From positions 32,001 to 96,000 of the forward strand of contig JBHLMG010000002.1 of NCBI GenBank assembly GCA_048938385.1: a stretch of 64,000 bases of DNA. Reading direction: 5' to 3'. Positions within the stretch are counted from its first letter, which is position 1. Each line of letters starts with the position of its first letter. The notes below the pieces were generated by a model that was not told the DNA's origin, searched no databases, and saw only the letters and a list, made by a program, of their open reading frames with translations. Origin of the DNA: Promethearchaeota archaeon. GTDB lineage: Archaea > Asgardarchaeota > Hermodarchaeia > Hermodarchaeales > Hermodarchaeaceae. The translations under genes and the position numbers were made by a program. This document shows positions 46,786 to 56,915 of the stretch, piece by piece.

Positions 46786-48851
46786 GAGGTCTCCTCCATT
46801 ATCAGATTTCCTCCAGAATGGACAACGGCTTTTGTTTGAGGATGAATCACAGTAGTGGTATCCACTTGTTCAATAATTGCTGGACCAAAAATCGTGGCTC
46901 CACCTCCAAGGTTCAAGCGGTCATAAACGGGCGTCTCAACGAATCCGTTGTATTCTTCGAAGAATACGGGTCTTACCTGTTTCGGACTTGGATTCTGTTC
47001 TCCTTGTGGGGGAACTTTAGTAGGCTTTAGAGAGGGCATTGCATGAGTTGCACTCACACGAAGGTTAACAATCGTAACCGGTGATGATGTCGAAGCAAAC
47101 CCATATCTCTGTTTATGCTGTGCGTGAAATGATTGTTCAAGCTTCTTCACCCATGATTTGGTTTTATCAATGCGGGGCACAGGAAGAGTAATCTCATAGG
47201 CCTGTCTTTGGTATCGAAGGTCCGCAAAATATGTAATTTGAATCTCCTGCTTCTTGACGCCTTGGTCCCTCATCAGACCAGCGAGCTGACTTTTCAGTTC
47301 ATGGTATGTCTTGTGAAGATGAGAAACATTTAGATTTTCAGTCGATTCGAGAACTGTCTGACTTTGATCGAAACGCAATTCAGTTGCAAGTAACCCGAGG
47401 GCCGAATGCAACCCAGGTGTAAAAGGAATATCAACTTGAGGAATACCAAGGTTCACAGCCAATGCCCAAGCATGCATCGGTCCAGCTCCACCAAAGGCTG
47501 CTAGTGAAAAGTCGCGAGGGTCATAACCTCGTTGAATCGAAACTACTCTTATAGCCCGTTCCATGTTTGCATTAACGACTCGTATTATTCCATAGGCACA
47601 TTCAATTGGGCTTAACGCGATGCGGTCGGCAAGCTTTGTAATCGCTGCATGGGCTAATTTAAAATCTAGCTTGATCTCTCCTCCCAGAAAATAGTCAGGG
47701 TTAAGCCGACCAAGTATCAAATTAGCATCTGTAACTGTGGCTTGTTCTCCTCCTCCAGCATAAGCAGCTGGACCAGGGATTGCGCCTGCACTCTTTGGTC
47801 CCACTCGTAGGATCTGCCCTTCATCTATCCAAGCAATACTGCCACCACCAGCTCCCACTGTATTCACATCAACCATGGGTACTCGACATGGCCAACCATC
47901 AATTTGTCCTTCACTTGTTTCCTGTACGGTGCCCTGCGTAATCAGAGCTACATCGGTGCTTGTGCCACCCATATCAAAGGTAATTAGGTGGTCTTGGTCT
48001 AACACTTGACTTGTGTATCGTCCTCCGAGGGTGCCCCCTGCTAGTCCACTAAACATTAACCGTACAGCATGGTTACGGGCAAGCTTGGATTGTAAGACGC
48101 CACCATGACTCTGCATGACTAGTAATGGGGCTCGGATACCGATGGCGTTCAAAGCTGTTTCGAGTCGTCTCAAGTATCGCGTAAGAACGGGAGTGATATA
48201 TGCGTTCAAGACAGTGGTAGAAAGCCGCTCATATTCACGATATTCGGGAATTATCTGCGAGGAAAGGGAAATGGGAAGCTCAGGAATGAGTTTGTGTAGG
48301 TGCGCCTGTAAAACCTGTTCGTGAAGAGGATTACGGTAAGCAAATAGTAAGCACACGGCTACGGCTTCAGTGTGGTATCCCGCCTTCTGGATTACTCTTT
48401 GAGCTTCTGAGTTTGTAAGAGGTTGGTGAACTTCCCCATTTGCGAGTATCCGCTCGTCAACGCCTTCTACCTTAGAGCGTTGGACCAGAGGTTCCACTCG
48501 TTCAAGAAATAGATCATAAAGTGCCCTTCGCTGCTGACGACCAATTTCGAGGAGGTCTTCGAATCCCTTGGTAACAATAAGGCTTATGGTTGCACCTTGC
48601 CGTTGAAGTACTGTATTCGTAGCAACAGTTGTTCCATGAAGCAGGTAATCAACTTCATTCGGAGTAACATTTGCGTGTTCTAAAATCCTCTTTACCCCTT
48701 CAATGACGCCTTGCGATGCATCTTCTGGTGTTGACCGAACCTTTTCATGCCACCGGTGCCCTGTTGCGTCAATTAAAATAACATCTGTGAATGTGCCACC
48801 GATGTCAATACCGATTCGAATCGGTTCTTCACCTAGGATGGGGGGGGACAT
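46782..48851 (-). CDS. Hydantoinase A / 5-oxoprolinase ATP-binding subunit
   Basis: DIGGTFTD, HGTTVATN, DMGGTSTD, GAGGGS and FGGAG. Confidence 0.95.
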   Translation of the reverse strand: MSPPILGEEPIRIGIDIGGTFTDVILIDATGHRWHEKVRSTPEDASQGVIEGVKRILEHANVTPNEVDYLLHGTTVATNTVLQRQGATISLIVTKGFEDLLEIGRQQRRALYDLFLERVEPLVQRSKVEGVDERILANGEVHQPLTNSEAQRVIQKAGYHTEAVAVCLLFAYRNPLHEQVLQAHLHKLIPELPISLSSQIIPEYREYERLSTTVLNAYITPVLTRYLRRLETALNAIGIRAPLLVMQSHGGVLQSKLARNHAVRLMFSGLAGGTLGGRYTSQVLDQDHLITFDMGGTSTDVALITQGTVQETSEGQIDGWPCRVPMVDVNTVGAGGGSIAWIDEGQILRVGPKSAGAIPGPAAYAGGGEQATVTDANLILGRLNPDYFLGGEIKLDFKLAHAAITKLADRIALSPIECAYGIIRVVNANMERAIRVVSIQRGYDPRDFSLAAFGGAGPMHAWALAVNLGIPQVDIPFTPGLHSALGLLATELRFDQSQTVLESTENLNVSHLHKTYHELKSQLAGLMRDQGVKKQEIQITYFADLRYQRQAYEITLPVPRIDKTKSWVKKLEQSFHAQHKQRYGFASTSSPVTIVNLRVSATHAMPSLKPTKVPPQGEQNPSPKQVRPVFFEEYNGFVETPVYDRLNLGGGATIFGPAIIEQVDTTTVIHPQTKAVVHSGGNLIMEETS

Positions 48852-48988
48852 AATATTCTTTCACACAAGGGGTAATCTTGCGATAAAGTATTCCGTTAGG
48901 CTTTAAACTCCCAAGTTGTTCTAGGTATCTAATGGTAATCCGCTTCAGCGACTCGTGCTTTTTCTACAAGCGTTGAGGAGGCGCAACA

Positions 48989-49231
48989 ATGTCCATGCTA
49001 CAACCAAAAAAACGTCGCCTTGGTCCTTTGAAAGTGATTGACTATCGAGCCTTTCTCGTTCCGGTTCTTATAATGCTTATCGGTGGAATTATCTGGGGCT
49101 TGACTGTGGTATACTGGCCAACCAATCTACCCCTGCTCGTCCTCGGGCAGGTGATCTTCATGATTGGAATGTTTGTGGCGATTATCCTTGGGTTCTGGGT
49201 GATGACGATTATTCGTTTACCAACGAAATAA
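48989..49231 (+). CDS. Small 2-TM membrane protein
   Basis: GAGGAGG RBS upstream; two hydrophobic helices. Confidence 0.65.
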   Translation: MSMLQPKKRRLGPLKVIDYRAFLVPVLIMLIGGIIWGLTVVYWPTNLPLLVLGQVIFMIGMFVAIILGFWVMTIIRLPTK

Positions 49232-49245
49232 TCCCTCAATGGTGT

Positions 49246-49749
49246 TTATTCTTCGGCGTTCTTCACTTGGTTAGGGAGCGGAACTTTAAGTTCATGTTTG
49301 GGTGTTTCAGGTTCATACCATGCAGGGCCAAACCAGCGACCAATCACAGTCCCCGCCATAAGACCTAGGAGCTGGAGCATCACAACACGCACAATTAACA
49401 TAATGCCTGCGATTACAAGGACATCATAAAGCTCCCAGGTGGCAAAGATCATCACGGGAATTGTAATCACAGCCCAAAAGATGACAAAGCCCAGGAAGAT
49501 GCTCATTAGACCACCCAAAACTGCGTAATGGATTTCAGTGCTGTATAAACCAACCAGAATACCGATCAACAACATAGCGATGACGAAGCTGTCCGCCCGA
49601 AGAATCCCTGTTAATACTGTGAAGTTAGCGAATGTAATCATAATTGCTCCAGAAAAAACGGTGATAACGAATCGGATGACGGTCTGCACTTTTTCCTTTT
49701 GTTTTGCGCTCATGTTCATGGTAATTAGACCTCCTCTGCTCCTACCCAT
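49246..49749 (-). CDS. Hypothetical membrane protein
   Basis: About 4 TM segments. The true start is probably slightly downstream. Confidence 0.65.
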   Translation of the reverse strand: MGRSRGGLITMNMSAKQKEKVQTVIRFVITVFSGAIMITFANFTVLTGILRADSFVIAMLLIGILVGLYSTEIHYAVLGGLMSIFLGFVIFWAVITIPVMIFATWELYDVLVIAGIMLIVRVVMLQLLGLMAGTVIGRWFGPAWYEPETPKHELKVPLPNQVKNAEE

Positions 49750-50276
49750 GGTGTTCCAAGATACGACATTCTAACATTGAGCCATCCACCAAACCATACC
49801 CGCATTGGGTGAAGAATAAACCAAGTTAAATTGCCTGCATCTTCAGCATCAATGATGTGCTGAGCATATCCGCCTTCAATGAGAAACATGAGCCTCAGGG
49901 TCGTTTCCTGTCCTGGCAACAAGAAGACATCGTCATGGTATTCCCGAATTGCAACTTGGTGGTAGTTTTGGGGATCATTCTCGTCTTGGATATAGATGAG
50001 AACATCATAGCGGTAGATATGGACTAAGCGTGAGCCATCATTACTTATATACAAATCGATGGTTAGTAACCGAGAATCTTCACTAGGGGAGGCTTTCTGC
50101 ATTCGTGTTACATGAGGAACAAATTGATTAGCTGTATCATACACGGCGAGATACTCAATGGAAAGGAGGATGCTTCCAACGCCACAAAAAATGACAGTTA
50201 GTAGGAAAATACCGCTAACAACAGTACGGTACTTCGGCTTGGAAATCGCACTTCGAAAGCGTAACATAATGGGCAC
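49725..50276 (-). CDS. Single-TM protein with a beta-sandwich (LEA_2-like) domain
   Basis: An N-terminal TM is followed by the L.I.N.G...L.PG.E pattern. Confidence 0.55.
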   Translation of the reverse strand: MPIMLRFRSAISKPKYRTVVSGIFLLTVIFCGVGSILLSIEYLAVYDTANQFVPHVTRMQKASPSEDSRLLTIDLYISNDGSRLVHIYRYDVLIYIQDENDPQNYHQVAIREYHDDVFLLPGQETTLRLMFLIEGGYAQHIIDAEDAGNLTWFILHPMRVWFGGWLNVRMSYLGTPWVGAEEV

Positions 50277-50374
50277 CTAATAGTGGGCGATAAATCCAAG
50301 CTCTTCAAAAGCTTTCCCCTAGAGGTAATCGATGATAACGCGAGTTTGAAGCCAAGAGTAACTTGCATGATAAG

Positions 50375-50388
50375 CAAAGCTTATAAAA
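50375..50388 (+). promoter_or_regulatory. BRE/TATA of the opp operon
   Basis: CAAAGC-TTATAAAA about 50 bp upstream of the oppB GTG. GGAGG RBS present. Confidence 0.55.
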
Positions 50389-50438
50389 GCCAATACCTCA
50401 TTTGCAACGATGCTTTAAAAAAGCTGGAGGCATAGCTT

Positions 50439-51419
50439 GTGGGCCTACGCGAGTTTGTCGTAAGACGTATCATAAACAGTTTCATCCTTATCATTGGAGC
50501 TATCACCTTCAACTTCTTTGTGTTTCGCCTCATGCCTGGAAATCCTGTTGCGATTCTAATCAGTGGGAACCTGGCGGCGAATCAAGCAGAGCTTGCTGCT
50601 GCTCTCCGAGCGATGTGGGGGCTGGATCAGCCGTTACCGGTCCAATTCGCTCAGTACCTAGTCAACATGTTCACATTCAACTTTGGCTATTCGTTTACGG
50701 AGGGCTTTCGGCCAGTGATTGAATCTATTGCGGCTCGACTTCCCAATACTCTCCTCTTGATGGGGACAGCTGCTATTATTACGATTGTTCTCGGTGTCGT
50801 CACCGGTATAGCGGCTGCCGCAAAACGAGGGGGGAGTTTCGATATGGGAATGGTGGTAACCGCCCTGACCTTCTACTCAATCCCAACATTCTGGCTGGGC
50901 ATGATGTTCATCATGCTCCTCGGGTTCTACATCCCTCTCTTCCCTATGGGTGGAACCGTTTCTGTCCCTATTCCTGAGGATCCTCTTGCTTATGCAGTAT
51001 CAGTTGGGCACCACCTCGTATTACCAGCTATGACGCTCGCCCTCGTATCCTACGGAGGGTACATGTTGGTTATGCGTAACACCCTCATCGATGTTCTCAC
51101 TGAAGACTACATTGTAACAGCTCGAGCCAAAGGCGTTGACGAACGTACAGTGCTCTACAAACATGCTCTGCGAAATGCAATCCTACCCCTCGTAACGATG
51201 ATCGCGCTCACCTTCGGGTTCTTGATTACTGGCGCAACATTGACTGAAACCGTGTTTAACTGGTATGGGCTGGGCCGGCTCATATTCGACTCAGTCATGC
51301 TACAGAACTACCCAGTGCTACAAGCCATCTTCTATATCATGGCGTTAACAGTAATCATTGCTAACTTCATTGCAGATATCCTGTATGGATTCCTTGACCC
51401 GCGAGTCCGTTACGACTGA
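50439..51419 (+). CDS. oppB: Oligopeptide ABC permease (OppB/DppB)
   Basis: MPGNP, GLDQP..QF..YL, EDYIVTARAKG...HALRNA and ETVFNW.GLG. Confidence 0.93.
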   Translation: MGLREFVVRRIINSFILIIGAITFNFFVFRLMPGNPVAILISGNLAANQAELAAALRAMWGLDQPLPVQFAQYLVNMFTFNFGYSFTEGFRPVIESIAARLPNTLLLMGTAAIITIVLGVVTGIAAAAKRGGSFDMGMVVTALTFYSIPTFWLGMMFIMLLGFYIPLFPMGGTVSVPIPEDPLAYAVSVGHHLVLPAMTLALVSYGGYMLVMRNTLIDVLTEDYIVTARAKGVDERTVLYKHALRNAILPLVTMIALTFGFLITGATLTETVFNWYGLGRLIFDSVMLQNYPVLQAIFYIMALTVIIANFIADILYGFLDPRVRYD

Positions 51420-51437
51420 TCTACAAGGTGAAAGCAA

Positions 51438-53522
51438 ATGGTAAAATGGCGAGAAACATTAGAACGCGTGCTAGGGTTTTGGCGGCAATACCGTCGAAGT
51501 AAAATGGGTATTGCTGGGCTAGTAATCATTCTCTTCTTTGTGGGCATGTCCTTGACAGCACCCCTCATTCGCCCTTGGCCATGGCCAGTATGGGTTAACC
51601 TTGCTCCACGACTCTCCGCACCATTATGGTTACTACCCCTAAATCCGTTGGGATTCAGTGCAGAATATCCTGTTACGAATCCCTTCTTTACTACCAGCGC
51701 TGATGGCTGGGACTATAATGAATCTCTTTCAGGAGAATCATACATCGTTGTAAATAATACACGATTTGATACGAATGCTGATGGTTGGACCTACTACGAC
51801 CAAGGGGCAGGCGCGGCCATTACAAATGGCTTCTATAATCCGAATAGAGGATCTAATGCCGCAGGTGGCAGTGGACCTGGAAGTTACGAAATTCAGTATA
51901 ACGATTCTACCGGGGCAGGATACGGTATCACGGATGCGTATCTATATTACGAGTTCAACTTCGATGCCGACAAGTATCCACCAGGATTTGCCAATGCCCA
52001 TCCTTCACGAGTTATTATTGATTACTCCATTCAGTTTATCATCGACAACACTCCATCGGAACTCGGTCAAGCCGACTGCGTCTTCAGTATCGAAGTCACC
52101 AATTCAACTGGTCCAGCTAATGTGGTCTATCGGCGAACCTACTTCACGACAGGAGTAATTCCATGGATTCAACGCACTCGAAATATGCCACTTGAAAATT
52201 GCAGCCTTACCTTTACTGCTACCGATGTTATGGCAGTCCAATTTCATCTGGCATTTCGTAATCCTATAGGTGCAGATACCCCTCAAATGGTCATTCGACT
52301 AGATGATGTCCAGTTATCTGTTTTTGCATCCTACAATGATACAACGAGTAACCATCTCATAGAAGGGCAATACAGTTCCACAGTAGGAAGCGATGATAGT
52401 GGTCCAGGGAGTTATCTCTTCACCTACGCTGATCTAGATAACCTAACATCCTATCAGAACGCGTATGCTTGGATTCAATCCAGCTTTACATGGGACTTTT
52501 ATGAACGACCGAACGAAGCATTCTTACGCTATAACTATGTAATCCAATCACTTGGGGATTGGGGTGACGCATACATCAACATCATCCAAGAATGTTATGT
52601 CGAAGTAAATGGTCATACAGAAGTCATCCTACGTTCCGATAACATCTACGATGACAGATCTTGGACTGCCTCACCTGAGAAGGTGTGGGACACCTTCATG
52701 GTCACCAATACATTTGGAGAACGAGGAACGCTATGGGTGCGAATAAAAATTCAAGTGTCAGACCCCACTCCACAAGATACTCCCTCATTTAACATCTACT
52801 TCGATGATATTGACCTCGAAGTCTTAGGCAACTACTACGGTGAACTCGGAGCAGGCCAATATGGTGAAGACTTGTTTTCCCAACTACTTTGGGGTTCACG
52901 CATCGCACTTCTCGTAGGCTTGACTGCGGCCTTTATTTCAACCTTCGTTGGCCTTATTGTTGGACTAATCGCAGGCTATTTCGGTGGTCTTGTGGACGAA
53001 ATTCTCATGCGGGTCACAGACTTCTTCCTCATCATCCCTGGGCTCCCCCTGATGATTGTCTTAGCAGCTATCCTTGAACCAAGATGGTGGAATATCGTCC
53101 TGGTAATAGCGCTAATCGGGTGGACGGGGACAGCCCGGTTAGTGAGAGCACAAGTCCTCGCCGAACGCCAACGTGCCTATGTGGAAGCCGCGCGTGCTAT
53201 CGGAGCAAGTGATCTCTACATCATTTTCCGCCATATTCTCCCCAATGTGACGCCTTTGCTCTTTGCTCAGATTACCCTTGGGGTTGCAGGTGCAATCCTT
53301 TCTGAAGCGGGATTGAGCTTCCTTGGACTCACACACCCCTACGATGTGAGCTGGGGCCGTATGCTCTTTCAAGCCTCAGGAGCGGGTGCCTATTCTGAAG
53401 GCGCTTGGTGGTATGTCTTCTTTCCCGGTGTATGCATCGTCTTACTAGCGCTATCGTTCACTCTAGTCGGCTATGCAGTCGATGAGATTCTCAACCCACG
53501 CTTACGAATCCGGAGGCAATAA
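51438..53522 (+). CDS. oppC: Oligopeptide ABC permease (OppC/DppC) with an extracellular insertion of about 390 aa
   Basis: G.DLFSQLLWGSRI, AYVEAARAIGA...RHILPN, SFLGL and SWGRML. A large duplicated beta insert follows TM1. Confidence 0.9.
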   Translation: MVKWRETLERVLGFWRQYRRSKMGIAGLVIILFFVGMSLTAPLIRPWPWPVWVNLAPRLSAPLWLLPLNPLGFSAEYPVTNPFFTTSADGWDYNESLSGESYIVVNNTRFDTNADGWTYYDQGAGAAITNGFYNPNRGSNAAGGSGPGSYEIQYNDSTGAGYGITDAYLYYEFNFDADKYPPGFANAHPSRVIIDYSIQFIIDNTPSELGQADCVFSIEVTNSTGPANVVYRRTYFTTGVIPWIQRTRNMPLENCSLTFTATDVMAVQFHLAFRNPIGADTPQMVIRLDDVQLSVFASYNDTTSNHLIEGQYSSTVGSDDSGPGSYLFTYADLDNLTSYQNAYAWIQSSFTWDFYERPNEAFLRYNYVIQSLGDWGDAYINIIQECYVEVNGHTEVILRSDNIYDDRSWTASPEKVWDTFMVTNTFGERGTLWVRIKIQVSDPTPQDTPSFNIYFDDIDLEVLGNYYGELGAGQYGEDLFSQLLWGSRIALLVGLTAAFISTFVGLIVGLIAGYFGGLVDEILMRVTDFFLIIPGLPLMIVLAAILEPRWWNIVLVIALIGWTGTARLVRAQVLAERQRAYVEAARAIGASDLYIIFRHILPNVTPLLFAQITLGVAGAILSEAGLSFLGLTHPYDVSWGRMLFQASGAGAYSEGAWWYVFFPGVCIVLLALSFTLVGYAVDEILNPRLRIRRQ

Positions 53523-53541
53523 AAAACAGGAGTAACCTACC

Positions 53542-54522
53542 ATGTCAACCGTACTTCATGTTAAAAACTTGAAGGCATACTTCTTCGTCGAAATGGGTGC
53601 AGTCAAAGCTGTCGATGATGTCAGCTTCGACCTTTTACGAGGTGAAACACTCGGACTTGCAGGTGAATCTGGGTGTGGTAAATCCACCACAGCTTACGCC
53701 CTGCTCAATCTCCTTCCTTATCCCGGCCGCATCGTCGAAGGCGAAGTCATTCTCGATGGCGAAGACCTTACACAGAAAAGCAAAGACGAAATGCGCCGGA
53801 TTCGGTGGGACGAAATATCCATGGTTTTCCAAGGCGCCATGAATGCTCTCAATCCCGTCTTACGAATAGGTGATCAGATCGTGGAAGCTCTCATGCTTCA
53901 CGAAGATATCAGCACTGACGCAGCGTGGAAGAAAATGGAAGACATCCTCGAAGTGGTTGGCGTCGATCCTACACGAGCAACCAACTATCCCCACGAATTT
54001 AGCGGTGGAATGAAACAGCGCGTCATGATCGCCATGGCCTTGGTGACAGAACCCAAAGTCCTCATCGCTGATGAACCAACAACAGCCCTCGATGTAACCG
54101 TTGAAGCTCAAGTCCTGAAACTCCTCAAAGGTCTACAAGAAAAATTCCAGCTCAGCGTTATCCTCATCACCCATGACCTCGCCACTATCGCTGAAGCCTG
54201 CGACCGGGTCGCCATCATGTACGCTGGGAAAATCGTTGAATTCGCCGATGTGGTCACAATCTTCAAAGAACGACTTCATCCCTACACTGAAGGGCTCATC
54301 CGATCTGTTCCTAGCCTCTTGGGCACTGAACATCTAGTTCATATTCCTGGCTCTCCACCCGGTCTAATCGAACCACCATCTGGGTGCCGATTCCACCCCC
54401 GGTGCCCAATCGCCACAGAGATCTGCGCTCAACAAGAACCCGAATTCCGTGAACTCAAGGAACGTCACTATACTGCTTGCCACTATGCCCAAAACCTTTG
54501 GGGCAAGAATGTCTGGAAGTGA
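53542..54522 (+). CDS. oppD: Oligopeptide ABC ATPase (OppD)
   Basis: GESGCGKST, SGGMKQR, DEPTTALD, HPYT and GCRFHPRC. Confidence 0.95.
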   Translation: MSTVLHVKNLKAYFFVEMGAVKAVDDVSFDLLRGETLGLAGESGCGKSTTAYALLNLLPYPGRIVEGEVILDGEDLTQKSKDEMRRIRWDEISMVFQGAMNALNPVLRIGDQIVEALMLHEDISTDAAWKKMEDILEVVGVDPTRATNYPHEFSGGMKQRVMIAMALVTEPKVLIADEPTTALDVTVEAQVLKLLKGLQEKFQLSVILITHDLATIAEACDRVAIMYAGKIVEFADVVTIFKERLHPYTEGLIRSVPSLLGTEHLVHIPGSPPGLIEPPSGCRFHPRCPIATEICAQQEPEFRELKERHYTACHYAQNLWGKNVWK

Positions 54523-54528
54523 TTAACC

Positions 54529-55563
54529 ATGGCCTCATCTGAAGTCTTAATTCAAGTCCGCAACCTGAAGAAATACTTCCCCGTACGTCGGGGGCTCATC
54601 GCTCAACTCTTCAGTCGTGAAAAAATCTGGGTCAAAGCTGTCGATGATGTCAGTTTCGACATTTACAAGAATGAAGTCTTTGTCATCGCTGGTGAATCAG
54701 GCTGTGGTAAAACGACCACTGGTCGCACTATCCTCAACCTCACACCACCGACCGAAGGCAGCATCACCTACTCCGGCCTTGATCTAGCGAACATCACTAA
54801 ACAAGAAATGAAGGGTCTGCGACCCAAGATGCAAATCATCTTCCAAGACCCTTATGAATCACTAAATCCTCGGCTCAGCATCTTCGATAGCATCGCTGAA
54901 GGGCTCCAAGTCAACCGACTCTCTGCAAACAAAGCGGAACTCATTGAACGCGTCAAAATGGCCATGGAAGATGTGCGCCTAATTCCTCCAGAGGAGTTCA
55001 TGTACAGATTCCCACACATGCTCAGTGGTGGTCAACGCCAACGCGTTGTCATCAGCCGTGCTATCGTCACCCAACCAGAATTCATCGTGGCAGATGAACC
55101 CGTCTCGATGCTTGATGCCTCCATTCGGGCTGAAATCCTCCAACTCCTCAAAGACCTAATCAAGAAATACGACCTAACCTATGTCTACATCACCCACGAT
55201 TTAGCCAGCGCTCGTTATGTCGGTGATCGAATCGCCATCATGTACTTAGGCAAGATAGTGGAGTATGGCCCAGTAGGACGCGTCATTGACAACCCCAAAC
55301 ACCAATACACAGCGATTCTAGTTTCCGCAGTTCCCATTCCAGATCCGACGCTTGTCCATACACGGCGTGCCCCTATTGGAGAGGTTCCCTCCCCAATAAA
55401 TCCACCCAGCGGCTGCCGATTTCACACACGCTGTCCTAAGGCTGATGAGAAATGTCGACTAGAAGAGCCTCCCTTCAAGGAGGTCGAAAAGGGACACTTT
55501 GCAGCCTGTTGGCACTGGTTTGATCCTAGGCAATGGGAAACCGAAGAGTCGACTTTATCATAA
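54529..55563 (+). CDS. oppF: Oligopeptide ABC ATPase (OppF)
   Basis: GESGCGKTT, FQDPY.SLNPR, SGGQRQR, DEPVSMLD and GCRFHTRC. Confidence 0.95.
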   Translation: MASSEVLIQVRNLKKYFPVRRGLIAQLFSREKIWVKAVDDVSFDIYKNEVFVIAGESGCGKTTTGRTILNLTPPTEGSITYSGLDLANITKQEMKGLRPKMQIIFQDPYESLNPRLSIFDSIAEGLQVNRLSANKAELIERVKMAMEDVRLIPPEEFMYRFPHMLSGGQRQRVVISRAIVTQPEFIVADEPVSMLDASIRAEILQLLKDLIKKYDLTYVYITHDLASARYVGDRIAIMYLGKIVEYGPVGRVIDNPKHQYTAILVSAVPIPDPTLVHTRRAPIGEVPSPINPPSGCRFHTRCPKADEKCRLEEPPFKEVEKGHFAACWHWFDPRQWETEESTLS

Positions 55564-55564
55564 A

Positions 55565-55604
55565 ATAGGTTACCAAACTTGGTAACCTATGTTCTTCCTT
55601 TTTT
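55565..55604 (+). terminator. Hairpin + T-tract after oppF
   Basis: Perfect inverted repeat ATAGGTTACCAA-AC-TTGGTAACCTAT followed by TTCTTCCTTTTTT. Confidence 0.6.
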
Positions 55605-55673
55605 GTATCCTATCAAAGCTGGAGCCTACAAAAAGATCATTCGCTCTCAAGAAATTGGCAAAGTCTGCACACT

Positions 55674-56420
55674 CTAAATTCTGGGATAAAGGCGTTGGAT
55701 GATTTTTGGATCTTGAGGTTTAACGCGCTTAAGGTAGCGGGGCTTACTGAACATATCGAAGAAGGTGGCAATTTCTTTGAGTTTACCTTCGACATCAATG
55801 ACGGCCTGTTTTTGAATGTCTTCTTGAGAGATAGACATTTCGATGTTACGAAAGGTTGTATCACTGAAGAGTTGTTTAGCCTCAGGTGAGGATGGGGCCT
55901 GATTCGTCGCTAGGCTGATGAAGGTATCAGAAAGGTCGGAATAAATTTCAACGAGGGAGGATTGCTTTCCAGTGTAGCGTTTACCTTGGAGAAGTTGGTG
56001 TGTGGTTAATTGTTGGAGCGCTTCAATGACTGGATAATCTTCGGGTGAATAATCAATTGTAATTTCAGGGGGTAGGTTGATGGGGTCAATGAGTCGGTGG
56101 GCAAACAAATCGGCTTCCCTTTGCTCTATGCCATCCAAGATGAGGGCGTTCCGCATTTCTTGTCGGGCAAATCGCCAAATGACTTTTGTATTGATACTTT
56201 GTGAATCAGGAATGATGATGAAGTGGAGGCTGATGCCGAGACCGTATTTGCTTTTTGGGCCACTAAGGAGGATCGGGCTACCCGAATCTAAGGGGATATC
56301 ATCGCGAACTTGTTCTGGATCTTTGGGGTCCTTACGGTGGGTGGTTTCAAACAGTTTCAGTATAGGAACGAATATTGTGGATTTCGGGGGTTTCGGTTTG
56401 CGTCGATAAAAAAATGGCAT
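55674..56420 (-). CDS. Hypothetical protein
   Basis: 248-aa ORF preceded by a GGTGA RBS. No motif recognised. Confidence 0.7.
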   Translation of the reverse strand: MPFFYRRKPKPPKSTIFVPILKLFETTHRKDPKDPEQVRDDIPLDSGSPILLSGPKSKYGLGISLHFIIIPDSQSINTKVIWRFARQEMRNALILDGIEQREADLFAHRLIDPINLPPEITIDYSPEDYPVIEALQQLTTHQLLQGKRYTGKQSSLVEIYSDLSDTFISLATNQAPSSPEAKQLFSDTTFRNIEMSISQEDIQKQAVIDVEGKLKEIATFFDMFSKPRYLKRVKPQDPKIIQRLYPRI

Positions 56421-56479
56421 CTACTATCACCTAATCACGAAGAAATGGGATGGGCTATCACGGGGGTATTCTCGTGGGT

Positions 56480-56731
56480 CTATCGGTTCATGCGGCGTTC
56501 AATGTGGAGCATAAAGAGGGTCTGGCGTAAATCGGTTAAATTGGGAACTCGAGCCACAACGCCTTCTGCGACCAACCGCTTCAGGGCGTAACGCACAGTT
56601 CGGGGGGCGAGTTGGGTGTTTTGCACAATTTCCTTACTGGTCAAAGGTCCTTGGTTTTTAATCACGCGAATAATCTTAGAAGCACTTGGTGGTTCCCGGT
56701 GACTTCTAGACCACTTCATGTTGCCACCCAT
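56480..56731 (-). CDS. Small archaeal wHTH regulator (MarR/TrmB-like)
   Basis: PPSA...GPLT.KEI...T.LAPRTVRYALKRL...G......DLRQ. Confidence 0.85.
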   Translation of the reverse strand: MGGNMKWSRSHREPPSASKIIRVIKNQGPLTSKEIVQNTQLAPRTVRYALKRLVAEGVVARVPNLTDLRQTLFMLHIERRMNR

Positions 56732-56915
56732 GGCACTCTTAGCGTTTCGTTTTTAAAAGCGTTTCGAATCCTGCAACGACATTTGCCGGACAAAACCGCA
56801 AAAATTCGTAGGTCCTTTTTAAGGGTCATTTCCTTTGAGAGACAAAGACACATTAAAGTATAAAAAGCCCATGCCACCTTCTATTCCGCTAACCTACTGC
56901 AAAGTAGGACAACGG

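Noticed and set aside
56835-56915. N-terminal extension of the S8 protease from TTG 56835
   Set aside because: It overlaps the TATA box at 56859. The signal peptide fits an ATG at 56916 or 56928.
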